Virus record (IMG/VR): IMGVR_UViG_3300045747_000058
Location: 453-64,452 of that record
Reading direction: 5' to 3' (one strand)
Source of the DNA: a virus
DNA: 64,000 bases
This document shows, piece after piece, positions 26,961 through 37,234 of this stretch; the first letter of the stretch is position 1, and each line of letters starts with the position of its first letter. A program made the translations under genes and the position numbers. A model generated the notes under the pieces. The model was not told where the DNA came from. It worked only from the letters and a program-made list of their open reading frames with translations, and made no database searches.

Positions 26961-29900
26961 TTACTGGCCGATGCTGGTGAAGTTGCGGCTCTCGGGGGCG
27001 CCGATGGAGCTAAACGGGTGGCGGAAGGTGAAGCCCCCGTCCACAGCAGAGCGAGGTATTTTTGAGCCGTTGCGCAAGACATAGTGGCTGTCGGTGCTGC
27101 GTTTGAGGTCAATGGCGTAGTCCGCAGGGTTGGGGCTATCCACCATCGTGCCCGCCCACGGCGCCACACCTTTGTTCTGGGCCACGAGGCGCTTCATCGC
27201 CATGCCTTGATCAATCACGGACTTGTCCTGCTCGGTCAGGTGGGCAAAGCCACCCTTCTCAATCCTGGCCGCGCCTTGGTGGTCCCCCATGTCACGAGCA
27301 CGTTTGGCTGCGCCTTCGAGGTACGCCTGTGCACCGGACATGTGTTCGGATACGGCTTTCTGGTCTGGGCCTTGTTTGCCGTCCACATCGGTGACGTATT
27401 TCGAGCCAAGCTGATCGGCGTAGTTCTTCGCAGCTGTCTGTCCGTTGTCGAACGTCTGTTTGTCCTTGGTGTTGCCGAACTCTTCGCGGCGCAACTGGTA
27501 GTCACGGTCCTTGGACATCCATTCCATACGTGCATTGGCACGCGCTGCTTGGTTGCTCAGCTGGTGACCCAGGACCGCTGCATCCGCTGTGATCTGGTGA
27601 GCGCGGAGGTTTGTCGTGTTCGTGGCTGCACCGCGTAGGGTCTCGCCGCGCTGCCGTAAACCCTCAAGGTCCTGCTGCCTGTATCCTTCGAGCGCAGCCT
27701 CGCCGCGCGCTGATTCTCGTAGGTCAGTCTTGGAGCTTGCTTCTATACGTGCAGCCTGGATACCTTTCTCACGGTCCCACCGAGCCTGTGCATCCAGTGC
27801 GACTTGCCCTTGGGCTGCTTGGTCCACTCGGCCCTGGGCTGCTTGTTGTAGGCGCTCTTGCCCCATGCTGTCGCCAAGGCGGCGGTCTTTTTCGGTGTTT
27901 GCGAGGCGCTGCTGCACGTCCTCTTCCGAAGGTGTGAAGGCGCTGCCGCGTAGGGCGGGTTGCGGAGTGCCGCTGGCTGCAGCTTGTACAGCAGGTGTCG
28001 CAGGTGCGGTCTGCGCGGCAGTAGCGGACTCTTTGGCTGGGTCACCGCTCATGAGTCGCCCAATGATGTTCTGCTCAGGGTTCATATGATGGCTCGTCAG
28101 AATCTCGTCGCCGTGGAACAGCGCGTTGGCACCTTTGTGCGCGTACTTGTCGCCCAGATATGCACCACCCGCAGTACCCGCAAAAGTGCCGACTGGGCCT
28201 GTTGCTGTCCCGACACCACCCCCGAACGCACCTCCAAGAGCAGTACCGCCGACGCGCAGCACGTCTTGGCCGAGGAGCTTAGCCTGCTCTCCTATGGAGA
28301 GAGGGCTGTTTGGGCCGTATGCGTCGTAGTGGCCCAACACACCGAACAAGTTGCTGGCGGGGCCTGCGATCTTGCCTGCGTTGGCGCGAACGTACTTCCC
28401 AGCGTTTGCTGCTGCATCGGTTGCAGCGACACCGGCGTTGCCGACGGTAATCCCGCCGCCTTTGGCTGCGGCAAACGGGTTCTTCCAGTTCACACCCTCG
28501 GGCACGAGGCCTTGCGCACCTGTCTTGACTTTGTCCCACATGCTGTTGGTCTTGGCCCCATCGCGCAGGCCGTCCACTGTCGCACCCCATGCACTGCCGC
28601 CGTTTGTCGGGGGTGCTGCGGTGTTCCCACGCAGGCCGTCCACTGTCGCGCCCCATGCACCCGAAGGCTTAGGCGATGCGCCGCCGTTACCGCCAACTGC
28701 ACCGGGAGACCCAGGCTTGTCATAGAAGTCGTAGCCGCCAGTGCGTCCTGTGCCCGCCACTGGCACGACGGCGCGAGAGGCGTTGGTGTGGTATGCCTGA
28801 TTTGCCCGCATAGCTGCGTCGTCAGCCGCCGAGGCCATGGCAGGTTCAGGCTGCGGGGGCGGGCTGTACGAACCCGTCTTTTCGTCATAGATCAAGTCTT
28901 CAATGCCACCGCTGAACGAGCCTTGTGCATGCAGCACAGGGCCGTGAAGCGCTTCCTTCGTTGCACCGGCCACGGTCTTGCCCTGCGACGCCAGCGTTAC
29001 CTTTTGGACTTTCTTCAGGTGTCCGCGCAGGCTCGGGTCCTTCTTCATCATGGCGTTGGACACCACGAACTCTCCTGGCTCGTACATGGCCGGAATCTTG
29101 TCACCTGTACCGTGACCTGGGACCGTGCCGCCGTTGCGCAGGCCGAGCGCTTGCATCTTCGCTGCCGTGCTCGCGCCGCTACTGTAGTTGGTGATGTTGT
29201 TTACCGGGGCAGCTACTTGCGTGGGGGCCTGTGCGGGGGCTGGTGCTCTGGCCGCAGCGTCTTGGGCTGCGTACTTGGCGTTCACGCGAGCCATTTGCTG
29301 CTCGGGCGATTCCTTGAATAAGCCCTTGATGGAATCCAGCATGCCGCCGTCTTTGAAGTGGACCATGTTGCCTTGATTGGCGACATTGCCGATCCTGGCC
29401 TGCTGCAACTGGTACCCATCCTGATGAGAGGCGAGGTTGCTCATGGTCTGGTCCACCGCTGCCGTGGGGTGTCCAGGCGTGCCGCCAGCTGTCATGCCGA
29501 GGCTGGGTTGAGACGTCGAGGCTGCTCGGCCGGCCGCATTGCTAAATGTGTTCGTGGTCTTGTCGAACTGAATGTCCTGGCTTGGGTTGCCAGGGGCAGA
29601 CGAGTTGTACTGCGGGCCGGACACGTTGCCGACCTGATGGGTGCGCAGGCCTTCGGCCGTGGGCGCGGCAAAACTATGCGCGGCGGGCAGGCCGACCTGA
29701 TGGGTGCGCAGGCCTTCGGCCGTGGGCGCGGCAAAACTATGCGCGGCGGGCAGGCCCACGTTGGCATCGGGTGCCGTGGTCGGTGCTGGCACGCCAGTCG
29801 GCGCGGCGGGGGCCGCTGGAGGCGTCAGTACCGACTTGACGCCAGCGTTGTGCGCCGCGAGGTCCTGTGCCCATGTGCCGCCACCTGTGGGCGGGTTCAC

Positions 29901-30125
29901 CATCTCGACTGCTGGGGCGCTCTCAGGGACTAGAGAATTGAAGGGTTGGCCGCCCTGGCTGCGAGAGAAGTTGACGGTTGGGCGGGGCTTTGATGCTTGG
30001 GGGTCGAAATCCTGCCACGACCGTTGGGTTGGCAGCAAGGTGTTCGGGTCGATGCCCATCTTGCGGGCAATACGGTCATCCCCCGTAGAACGCTGCGGGC
30101 GAAGGGAAGTCGGAAAATCGGCCAT
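26961..30125 (-). CDS. Internal virion / ejection protein
   Basis: ~1054 aa, Ala/Gly/Pro-rich. GGTVPGHGTGDKIPAMYEPGEFVV motif typical of injected or tape-measure-like proteins. AAGGAG RBS favours ATG 30125. Confidence 0.75.
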   Translation of the reverse strand: MADFPTSLRPQRSTGDDRIARKMGIDPNTLLPTQRSWQDFDPQASKPRPTVNFSRSQGGQPFNSLVPESAPAVEMVNPPTGGGTWAQDLAAHNAGVKSVLTPPAAPAAPTGVPAPTTAPDANVGLPAAHSFAAPTAEGLRTHQVGLPAAHSFAAPTAEGLRTHQVGNVSGPQYNSSAPGNPSQDIQFDKTTNTFSNAAGRAASTSQPSLGMTAGGTPGHPTAAVDQTMSNLASHQDGYQLQQARIGNVANQGNMVHFKDGGMLDSIKGLFKESPEQQMARVNAKYAAQDAAARAPAPAQAPTQVAAPVNNITNYSSGASTAAKMQALGLRNGGTVPGHGTGDKIPAMYEPGEFVVSNAMMKKDPSLRGHLKKVQKVTLASQGKTVAGATKEALHGPVLHAQGSFSGGIEDLIYDEKTGSYSPPPQPEPAMASAADDAAMRANQAYHTNASRAVVPVAGTGRTGGYDFYDKPGSPGAVGGNGGASPKPSGAWGATVDGLRGNTAAPPTNGGSAWGATVDGLRDGAKTNSMWDKVKTGAQGLVPEGVNWKNPFAAAKGGGITVGNAGVAATDAAANAGKYVRANAGKIAGPASNLFGVLGHYDAYGPNSPLSIGEQAKLLGQDVLRVGGTALGGAFGGGVGTATGPVGTFAGTAGGAYLGDKYAHKGANALFHGDEILTSHHMNPEQNIIGRLMSGDPAKESATAAQTAPATPAVQAAASGTPQPALRGSAFTPSEEDVQQRLANTEKDRRLGDSMGQERLQQAAQGRVDQAAQGQVALDAQARWDREKGIQAARIEASSKTDLRESARGEAALEGYRQQDLEGLRQRGETLRGAATNTTNLRAHQITADAAVLGHQLSNQAARANARMEWMSKDRDYQLRREEFGNTKDKQTFDNGQTAAKNYADQLGSKYVTDVDGKQGPDQKAVSEHMSGAQAYLEGAAKRARDMGDHQGAARIEKGGFAHLTEQDKSVIDQGMAMKRLVAQNKGVAPWAGTMVDSPNPADYAIDLKRSTDSHYVLRNGSKIPRSAVDGGFTFRHPFSSIGAPESRNFTSIGQ
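29628..29756. repeat. Perfect 63-bp tandem duplication
   Basis: Encodes VGLPAAHSFAAPTAEGLRTHQ twice. Confidence 0.95.
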
Positions 30126-30202
30126 GGGCACTCCTTGAGGAAGTGCCTTCGCAGCCTGTCGGCTCCAGCGGATTACGGCATTTTAATGCCTACGCCGGTA
30201 AG

Positions 30203-30379
30203 TCACCAGCCCCGCACTGCCCCGGTGTAAAGGATGTACCCGCCGACACATGCCATGATGAACATCGTCCTCTTGAACTGCCCCCACTGATACTTCACAA
30301 ATTTCTTAGGGTGTCGAAGGTCGGTACCCTCAAGGTATTCCTTGAAAACTTCTTTGGTCGCATCTTTGAGTTTCGTCAT
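30203..30379 (-). CDS. Small membrane protein (58 aa, absent from ORF track)
   Basis: GGAG RBS. MTKLKDATKEVFKEYLEGTDLRHPKKFVKYQWGQFKRTMFIMACVGGYILYTGAVRGW*, with a C-terminal TM helix. Confidence 0.7.
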   Translation of the reverse strand: MTKLKDATKEVFKEYLEGTDLRHPKKFVKYQWGQFKRTMFIMACVGGYILYTGAVRGW

Positions 30380-30407
30380 GTTCCACTCCAGTTGGTTTGT
30401 AAGTACT

Positions 30408-32429
30408 TTACGGTGATAGGACGCTGCCCGGCATAGTGGCCACTTGGGCTACCGGCGCATTGTAGTTGTAGCTGGTGGAGTCAGAGCCGCTGATGGATGC
30501 TTGAGCATGCATCATCGCATATGCTGAAGAGGTCCACTGTGCGTATACCTGAGCGCCGACCTTGGCGGCGTCAGCACGGGCGGTGTTCGTGGCGATGAGG
30601 GAGTCCGCAGAAGCTCGTGCTGTCTGAAGTGTTATGGTCTGCTGCGCCTCGTACTGCTTGATGCCAGCCTCCCAAACGCGGGCATGCATGTTGGCCTTTG
30701 CCTCAGCCGCTGCTATGGAGGCCCGGTCTGCGTCTAGCAGTGCGGAGTTTTGCATTGCTTGTGCCTTCGCTGTTTCGGAAGCAACGACGCCCCTGGCACG
30801 GTAGCCTTCCCACTCCACGCTTTTCGCTTGGGCTATGGCACTGAACCGACTTATCTCTGCTCGCGCTTTCTCGCCCTGCGCTGAGGCCACCGCAGCGTGA
30901 GCCGATGCGTTGGCTTTGTACGCTTCGAGTTTCAGCCCTTCTGCCTGCACGCCATATTTGTACACCTCAGTTTTGGCGACCTCAGCCCCGACCAGCGCGG
31001 AGTAGGCGCGAACCTGTTCGCCAGCTGCGCCAATTTTGGCTTGGCCGAGTTGTACCTGGGATTGGACAGCGCTGATCTGGGCTTTGAACACTTCGATTTT
31101 GGAGGTCTCTGCGTTGACCTGGGCCACGTACGCCCTGATCTGCTCACCCGCGATGCCGATCTTGGCCTGCTCTAGTTGGACCAGCACTTGCGCAGCGCCG
31201 ACCTGAGCTTTGTAAATCTCCACATGGGACATGCTCGCGTCCACCTCAGTCTTGTACTGCTGGACCATGTTGGTGTTGATCTGGGCTTTAGTCTGTTCGC
31301 CGGAGATTTGCGCTTTGAAGGCTTCGACCTTTGTCATCTCTGCCTGGATCAAGGTTCTGTAAGCCTCACTGTATGTGCTATATGCCGCCAGCAGTGTTTT
31401 GAAGTTGTCCGTCTGCGCGTTGTAGATGCTGATGGCATTGTCTGCGTACGTTTTGGCTGTCTCGAATGCCAGCTGCTCCATCTTGTATGCCTGATCAATC
31501 AGCTGGCCCTCAAGTTGGATGCCCAAGGTGATAGCCTGCTTCAGGTTCTCCTGCTCCATCTCGGCTTGCTTCACAGAGACATCGCGGGACAGTTCGGACA
31601 GTTTGTCGTAGTACGCTTGTTCAGCTTCACGCATCTGGGCACTCAGCGCGCCGGTGGGCAGCACAAACCCAAGCGATTCGGATTTGCGCATTACCTCACT
31701 TACGTTTGCTTGAGCGATCTTGGTCTCGCGGTCGCGGCTTCGGTCCCAGATTGCCTGTTCAACCGCAGCGGATAGACCCGTGCCCCCAGCCAGCCGTGTC
31801 TGGAGATAAGCCAGCATCTGCGTCTGGTACCCGTCGCCCTGGGCGTAAGAGTACGGTGTCGGGGCGGCCAGCATCATCGTGGGCATGTCGGACAGCTTGG
31901 TCAGCCAGTCCTCGTGCATGTTCACGCCAGTGAAGGTCACCGTGTCGATAGCGAGGTACGCCGGTAGTGTCGGAAGCGTGATCTCCGGGGCGCTCGGTAC
32001 CAGCACGGTCGACACTGCTGGAAGCGAGGGGATTGTCGGCAGTGTGATCAGCGGCGCGTCGGGCAAAGTCACCGCGTCGAGCGATGGGATTACTGGTATA
32101 GCCCCAGTCGAGATAGTCGGTAGACTGGGCAGGTTCATCGTCGGAGCGAGGTCCGTGAACGGGGTTATGTCGATTGCTGGAATGAGTTCCGATATGTCCA
32201 TCGGTGTGGTCCCTGTTGAGGGGATGGTGATGGGGGTCAGCGGGGAGATTGGCGGGAGGTCTATGGTCGGCACTGGGGGCAGATTGCTCGCAGCCACTGT
32301 GATCGGCGGCAGGTCGAAGTTGATGGCGTTCAGCGCGGTGATCATCTCCTTCGTCGCCAGTTGCGCATCCTTTGCATAGTTCTGCGCGTTGGTGAATATT
32401 GTGCTGACTTGTGTTGATGCTCCGGGCAT
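30408..32429 (-). CDS. Putative DNA pilot / ejection protein
   Basis: 673 aa. Pro-rich N-terminal part, then a long repetitive coiled coil (AKIGxAGEQxRAY twice). Confidence 0.7.
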   Translation of the reverse strand: MPGASTQVSTIFTNAQNYAKDAQLATKEMITALNAINFDLPPITVAASNLPPVPTIDLPPISPLTPITIPSTGTTPMDISELIPAIDITPFTDLAPTMNLPSLPTISTGAIPVIPSLDAVTLPDAPLITLPTIPSLPAVSTVLVPSAPEITLPTLPAYLAIDTVTFTGVNMHEDWLTKLSDMPTMMLAAPTPYSYAQGDGYQTQMLAYLQTRLAGGTGLSAAVEQAIWDRSRDRETKIAQANVSEVMRKSESLGFVLPTGALSAQMREAEQAYYDKLSELSRDVSVKQAEMEQENLKQAITLGIQLEGQLIDQAYKMEQLAFETAKTYADNAISIYNAQTDNFKTLLAAYSTYSEAYRTLIQAEMTKVEAFKAQISGEQTKAQINTNMVQQYKTEVDASMSHVEIYKAQVGAAQVLVQLEQAKIGIAGEQIRAYVAQVNAETSKIEVFKAQISAVQSQVQLGQAKIGAAGEQVRAYSALVGAEVAKTEVYKYGVQAEGLKLEAYKANASAHAAVASAQGEKARAEISRFSAIAQAKSVEWEGYRARGVVASETAKAQAMQNSALLDADRASIAAAEAKANMHARVWEAGIKQYEAQQTITLQTARASADSLIATNTARADAAKVGAQVYAQWTSSAYAMMHAQASISGSDSTSYNYNAPVAQVATMPGSVLSP

Positions 32430-32869
32430 TATGAAGTCCTCCGAGTGGTGGATTGGACGACCGCGATCTCGATTGCGTCCAGTTGAAAGTCCCCACCGTC
32501 GGCGTTGGAGTAACCGAATGCGAGGTAGTTCTCTCGGATTCCTCGCCCTGGCTTGCAGCGCGATTCACCACCCGTGTCGACCGGGAAATTGTACTGGTAC
32601 GCGGCGGATTCTCCTATCACCTCCAGCATGCCGGTACCCGCGCCTTTCAGTGCGAAGTACACCATATCGATGAATTTGTTCAGTGAAGTGCCCCACAGCT
32701 TCTTCCCCGAGATGACGTGACTCACGATTGGCGTCGTAGCGTCCGTATCCCCGACCAAGTTGTACAGCCCGCTGGGACCTCCAGCCTGCGTGGCGGTGAG
32801 GCCGTCGAACGCGAAGTTGGTGTACTCCGACACTGCGCCCGTGAGAGTGTTGACGATGATGGTGTTCAT
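32429..32869 (-). CDS. Virion structural protein (tail-associated)
   Basis: 146 aa, MNTIIVNTLTGAVSEYTNF, coupled within the virion operon. Confidence 0.7.
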   Translation of the reverse strand: MNTIIVNTLTGAVSEYTNFAFDGLTATQAGGPSGLYNLVGDTDATTPIVSHVISGKKLWGTSLNKFIDMVYFALKGAGTGMLEVIGESAAYQYNFPVDTGGESRCKPGRGIRENYLAFGYSNADGGDFQLDAIEIAVVQSTTRRTS

Positions 32870-35286
32870 ATGGATACCGGTGAGTTGAGGGACGCTTCTT
32901 TCCAGCTTTTGAGGTCCATGGTCGTGTTGACCGCAGTGATCGTGTTGTTCTCGTTGAGGATGTCGTGCAGCGTCTTAACATTCTTCTCCGTTGCGGCATA
33001 CCAGAGACTGCGCTCTGCGCCGGTCGTGGGGGTGACCCGGACGTTCACTAACACCGCCAGCGTCACTGGGTCACGAGCGTAGTAGACATTCGTGGCGGAA
33101 ATAAGTTGAGTGGTACTCCCGACGGCCGAGACGCCTTGCATACCTTTCCATGTTATTCCGTTCTCCACACCGGACTGGACTGCCCAAGCATTCCCTGTGA
33201 ACTCGTAGTGAGATGCGTCGACACCGGCGGTGTACGCTACTGTTTGGTCGGGGCACTGTAGTGACCCAGTGATTCCGACTAAGTTGAACGGGGTATATGT
33301 GAAGTTCTCCATTGCGTCGAAGCCAGCATACTGGGCGTACAAGAAGTCCCCTAGAACTATCGATGACGCACTTATGTACCCGGTATTCGTAGATGGCGGG
33401 CCAGGGGGAGCCGGGAAGCCCGACGGGTCTTTGAATATCGCCAATCCACTGGCGGTGTCGGTGGCGACCAGTGTTCGACGGGTGAACCCTCCTGCCCCCA
33501 CAACGCTAATGTAGATGTTGCGCTCTCCGGGTAGTCCGGCGTAGCTGGTGGAGTACGCCTGCCCTACAGGGTCGGGACCAGTGCCAGCGCCAGTGACCGC
33601 CGTCGTGGCGTCGTCGTCGAGGGTTACCAGCAAGTCAGTCACGTGGTCGTAGAACAGAATTTTGCTGGTGCTAGTCTTTGCGGTTCCAGCGTAACTGGAT
33701 GTGCCATCGACTGTCACAAATGATGTGAACTCGGTAGTTTCTGTGGGTATCGCTCTTTTTGGGAATACCGTCGAGACTGTGAGCGAGGCATGGTGCGTGC
33801 TTGTTTTTGTCCCGGTAGACGTCTCGGAAGAGGAGAGGACCCCTCCGTTGGGGGCAAGAGCTACGGAGATGATGGTGCTGGCTGAGTTGCTGCTGACCGC
33901 GTTGGAAATGCTGGTCTGGACTGTCGACCAGGGGACCTTGTCTCCGTTGGCCGCGTACATCATCCCCCCGAATGAGGTCGAGGTAGAGTTGTTCCAGTTA
34001 TGGTGGTTGCCCGTAGCGTAGCTGGTGAAGTTCGACCCGGAAACGTACTCCCACCCAGTTGTTCCCCCTGCGCAGTCCGATACAAAGTATCCGCCGATTG
34101 CCCTAGACAGGGTCTTGGTAGCCCCGCCGGAACCGCTGAGCACGGTGCCAAAATCACTTGTGGTCGCGTCGTTAGCTATGACCCCCTGCGTGTATGTGAA
34201 CGCCGCCTCCACGAACTCAGTCTTCTCGACCATTGAGAGTTCGATGAAGTCGTCGTACCACGCGCTGACGCTGTTCGTAGGGGAAGTCCTGAACCGCTGC
34301 GTCCGCAGAATCGCCTTCTTCCCCGACGGGTGGATAGTTACCGCGCTCCCGGCATTTTGAGTTGGGGCGAGTGTGATCGTGAGGGTCGACGATGGCGTGA
34401 AGTACGCGCTGCTTAGGGCGCTGCTCGCAGAGTCCAGATCGGGGGTGCTGAGCGGCGCAGGGCCTTGGTGCAATCGCAGCGTGCTGGGGTCCACAATTTG
34501 GATGTATGCCAAGTTGCTACCGAGCATGAACATCGGCGTGTCGGAGAGACCGTCGGCACTTGTGCGAAGGAAATTGACTCGGTTCTGTGACATGATGCAC
34601 GCCGCGCGGTACACCGCAGTCTCCCCGTCTACCGTGAGCGCGTCGTACCCCCCGACCAGACTGACCCAGGCTACATACGGCTTGCTTTTCCCAGGTCCTG
34701 GGTTAATCCCGGTAAGAACTTCGCCCGAGCCGATAGGGGACCTGAAGTTGGAAAACCACTTGGTCCGGTCCTCGGAGACCCACAGTTGCTGCCCACCAAT
34801 GAGTTTTTTCTGGTGGACTATGTCCCATTCGCCCGAGGCAACAGGGGGGATGGACTTGGGCACTATCCTGGGCACTAGGACTATGGGCTGTGGTTCGGTC
34901 AGGTTGTACGCGACTTGTATCAGCCACCCGAGGACTGCGTTGTCGCTCATGTCGGTGAATGCCACGCCTATACCGTGGTACGGAATGGGGTATCCCGTCG
35001 GGTTTGGTACGGTCACCATCACGCGCCTTGTGGGTCCGTTTGAGTAGATCGACACCTGGGTCCCATCCGGCAGTACGTGGTCCGCAGAATGGAAGCCGTT
35101 GGGAAACGCGGACATCGTCACAGATACGAGGAACGCCCGCGTTATTCGCTCGACCATACTATTTTGGTAGCTGTTCATCACGCTACCACTACCGTCCGGG
35201 GCGCACACCACGAGTTTTACCGGCAGTCTTCCAGTGACTATCTGCCCATTGATCCCGAAGAATGATTCACCGCCCCCGACGCTCAT
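32866..35286 (-). CDS. Putative tail / receptor-binding protein
   Basis: 806 aa, Ser/Thr/Gly and aromatic-rich, beta-structure-like. Confidence 0.65.
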   Translation of the reverse strand: MSVGGGESFFGINGQIVTGRLPVKLVVCAPDGSGSVMNSYQNSMVERITRAFLVSVTMSAFPNGFHSADHVLPDGTQVSIYSNGPTRRVMVTVPNPTGYPIPYHGIGVAFTDMSDNAVLGWLIQVAYNLTEPQPIVLVPRIVPKSIPPVASGEWDIVHQKKLIGGQQLWVSEDRTKWFSNFRSPIGSGEVLTGINPGPGKSKPYVAWVSLVGGYDALTVDGETAVYRAACIMSQNRVNFLRTSADGLSDTPMFMLGSNLAYIQIVDPSTLRLHQGPAPLSTPDLDSASSALSSAYFTPSSTLTITLAPTQNAGSAVTIHPSGKKAILRTQRFRTSPTNSVSAWYDDFIELSMVEKTEFVEAAFTYTQGVIANDATTSDFGTVLSGSGGATKTLSRAIGGYFVSDCAGGTTGWEYVSGSNFTSYATGNHHNWNNSTSTSFGGMMYAANGDKVPWSTVQTSISNAVSSNSASTIISVALAPNGGVLSSSETSTGTKTSTHHASLTVSTVFPKRAIPTETTEFTSFVTVDGTSSYAGTAKTSTSKILFYDHVTDLLVTLDDDATTAVTGAGTGPDPVGQAYSTSYAGLPGERNIYISVVGAGGFTRRTLVATDTASGLAIFKDPSGFPAPPGPPSTNTGYISASSIVLGDFLYAQYAGFDAMENFTYTPFNLVGITGSLQCPDQTVAYTAGVDASHYEFTGNAWAVQSGVENGITWKGMQGVSAVGSTTQLISATNVYYARDPVTLAVLVNVRVTPTTGAERSLWYAATEKNVKTLHDILNENNTITAVNTTMDLKSWKEASLNSPVSI

Positions 35287-36446
35287 ACCGGTATCGCCAC
35301 GTACTGGGGCACTGCCCCATTCATGCGGAAGGCGGACACGACTTCGGTCACTGCGGTCTTGTACCGGCCCTCAGTCATGCGCGTGATTTCGCCACCTCGG
35401 AAACCAGCGGCGACGATGCCGTCAGCGATGCAGAGCATGGCGATGCCCTGCCCCGTGCTGTCGCCTCGCTTGATGCGCTCACCGGCGGCGAACACGCCAG
35501 AGCCGAGCACTACTGCACCGTCGAGCTTCTTGGCGTACGTCAGGCCGACGAACTCGTTGCCGGACAGGAACGCCAACTCGGTCGTCGTGCCCACGAAGAT
35601 ACCGTCCTCGACAGGCTGAACCAGGGTGATGGGGGAGCCGAACTGTTTGAAGCTGGTACGCATGTCGCACAGTTCTGGTCGGTGCAACTCAGACGCCCAC
35701 AGTACGTTGTCCTTGGCCACAAGCACGCGCCCGCGCCACTCGACTGGCAGGATGCCGACAGGCATGGGGTGAAGGAACTCAGTGCGGCAGGGCATTGTCA
35801 GGCTGCTGTTCTTTCCTAGGTAGCTGAAAGAACTTGTCACTGTCATGCCCGCGTAGAACATCTGCCCGCCATTCACGCTGCTTAGGTACACGTTGATGCG
35901 GTACCCAGGCTCTACCGGCAGACCCGTCAGCAGCACGCCACCGTCAGGCACCGGTACTGGGTTGGAGTACGACGGTGCGCCTTCCAGGCCATCAGAGTTT
36001 CGGACGTAGGTGATGGCGTACTGGTAGTCGCCCTGGTACAGGTCACCAGCCACGAAGGTCAGCGCGCCAATACCGGGCGGCAGAGGGATGCCCCAGGGGG
36101 TCGTACTGGTGCCGTTGGTGACGCCACTGATCAGGCCGTTGGAGAATGCTGTGCGCCCGTCGGGTAGGTCGCAGTACCAGACACGACTTGCACCCAGCGA
36201 GGGGAGCAGTACCGTCGGGGTCGTGCCATCCAAGATCAGATCGCCGTTTTGGACGGCCAGCGTGCGTCCGTTGCCGGCGTGCACGAACCGGTGACTGGCG
36301 GCGCTGACGCGAGTGAAGCCTTTGCGGCGGTACACCTCACCGGACATGCCAATGTCCACGTCTGTCGCTGTTGCCAGTTCGCTGTTACCCAGCCGGTGCC
36401 CTGGCAAGACATTGTTTATGCCGGTGAATTTTGAGAGCTTGATCAT
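35283..36446 (-). CDS. Putative tail nozzle / tail tubular protein
   Basis: True start MIKLSKFTGINN (ATGA overlap with the upstream gene). LWASELHRPELCD and propeller-like repeats. Confidence 0.65.
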   Translation of the reverse strand: MIKLSKFTGINNVLPGHRLGNSELATATDVDIGMSGEVYRRKGFTRVSAASHRFVHAGNGRTLAVQNGDLILDGTTPTVLLPSLGASRVWYCDLPDGRTAFSNGLISGVTNGTSTTPWGIPLPPGIGALTFVAGDLYQGDYQYAITYVRNSDGLEGAPSYSNPVPVPDGGVLLTGLPVEPGYRINVYLSSVNGGQMFYAGMTVTSSFSYLGKNSSLTMPCRTEFLHPMPVGILPVEWRGRVLVAKDNVLWASELHRPELCDMRTSFKQFGSPITLVQPVEDGIFVGTTTELAFLSGNEFVGLTYAKKLDGAVVLGSGVFAAGERIKRGDSTGQGIAMLCIADGIVAAGFRGGEITRMTEGRYKTAVTEVVSAFRMNGAVPQYVAIPV

Positions 36447-37219
36447 GGAAGAGTCCTGGCCGAGGTGGGGTGCCCGACAGTGAGGGTGGGCGCTATATGC
36501 ATCGCGCGCTTTATCGGGCGGAACGACCCAGTGCCGTGGGCTGTAGACGTCCATCCGCTGGCGTGGTAACTGAACCGTTCGGCGGTGCTCCTCGGGTTGC
36601 CGAGATGGCCGCAGTGGATTCCGAAAGTGTTGTGCACAGGGGCTACTGCCAGGGTGCGCGATCCGAACCGCGTACCGGCAAATCCACTTGCGAGTTTGGG
36701 CGGCAGTACCTTGCTCCGTGGCGTCCCGAGCCTCGTAGGCATGAACCCTGCCGTCCATGTGTAGACGACGTGCGGTGGCTCTGGGATGAGCGTGGAGCAG
36801 AAGCCGCTTGCGTATGTCGTGAACTTGGATGTGCCGGTGCCCGTGGCCCACTCGGGGGCGGGCGCGGGCTGCGCGGCGAACGCGCAGCCTAGTGTGGCTG
36901 TGCCTAGGGCGGTCTCTGGCAGGCCTGACGCTTGAAGGCCGCTGACGGTAGTGCTCGTTGTCGGAGTCGGGAACACAGTGTCGCTGCTACCCTGCGTCAG
37001 GGTTGTCGTGTTCTGTGGCGGAAGCGGCGTGCTACGGATGCCGATACCGTACGTGAAGTAGGTCGTCGTGAACCCTTCCGCGAGGGCAGTTTGCAGCGAA
37101 GGGAAATACGCCGTCGAGACCGTTGAGGTAGGGCCGAAACTCGTTGCCGCGAACAATGCGATCAGGCTGGGGGAACCGAGTGCGGTCGAGACCACACCCG
37201 TTGCGACGTAGACCGTCAT
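36443..37219 (-). CDS. Fibre-like protein with ASG(F/W/L)xxTxxGT repeats
   Basis: 258 aa with at least five ASGF/AGF...T.(L/F)G(T/S) repeats. Confidence 0.65.
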   Translation of the reverse strand: MTVYVATGVVSTALGSPSLIALFAATSFGPTSTVSTAYFPSLQTALAEGFTTTYFTYGIGIRSTPLPPQNTTTLTQGSSDTVFPTPTTSTTVSGLQASGLPETALGTATLGCAFAAQPAPAPEWATGTGTSKFTTYASGFCSTLIPEPPHVVYTWTAGFMPTRLGTPRSKVLPPKLASGFAGTRFGSRTLAVAPVHNTFGIHCGHLGNPRSTAERFSYHASGWTSTAHGTGSFRPIKRAMHIAPTLTVGHPTSARTLP

Positions 37220-37234
37220 GTGTCCCCCTTGCGG

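Noticed and set aside
19115-29933. Long + strand ORFs opposite the virion genes (e.g. 21374-22528, 23647-24561, 27960-29321) and similar shadow ORFs elsewhere
   Set aside because: They are antisense shadows of GC-rich, codon-biased real genes, with no RBS or motifs.
36447-36851. N-terminal extension of the 522-aa ORF 35283-36851
   Set aside because: It overlaps the real 36443-37219 gene in another frame and reads as non-coding. The true start is ATG 36446.
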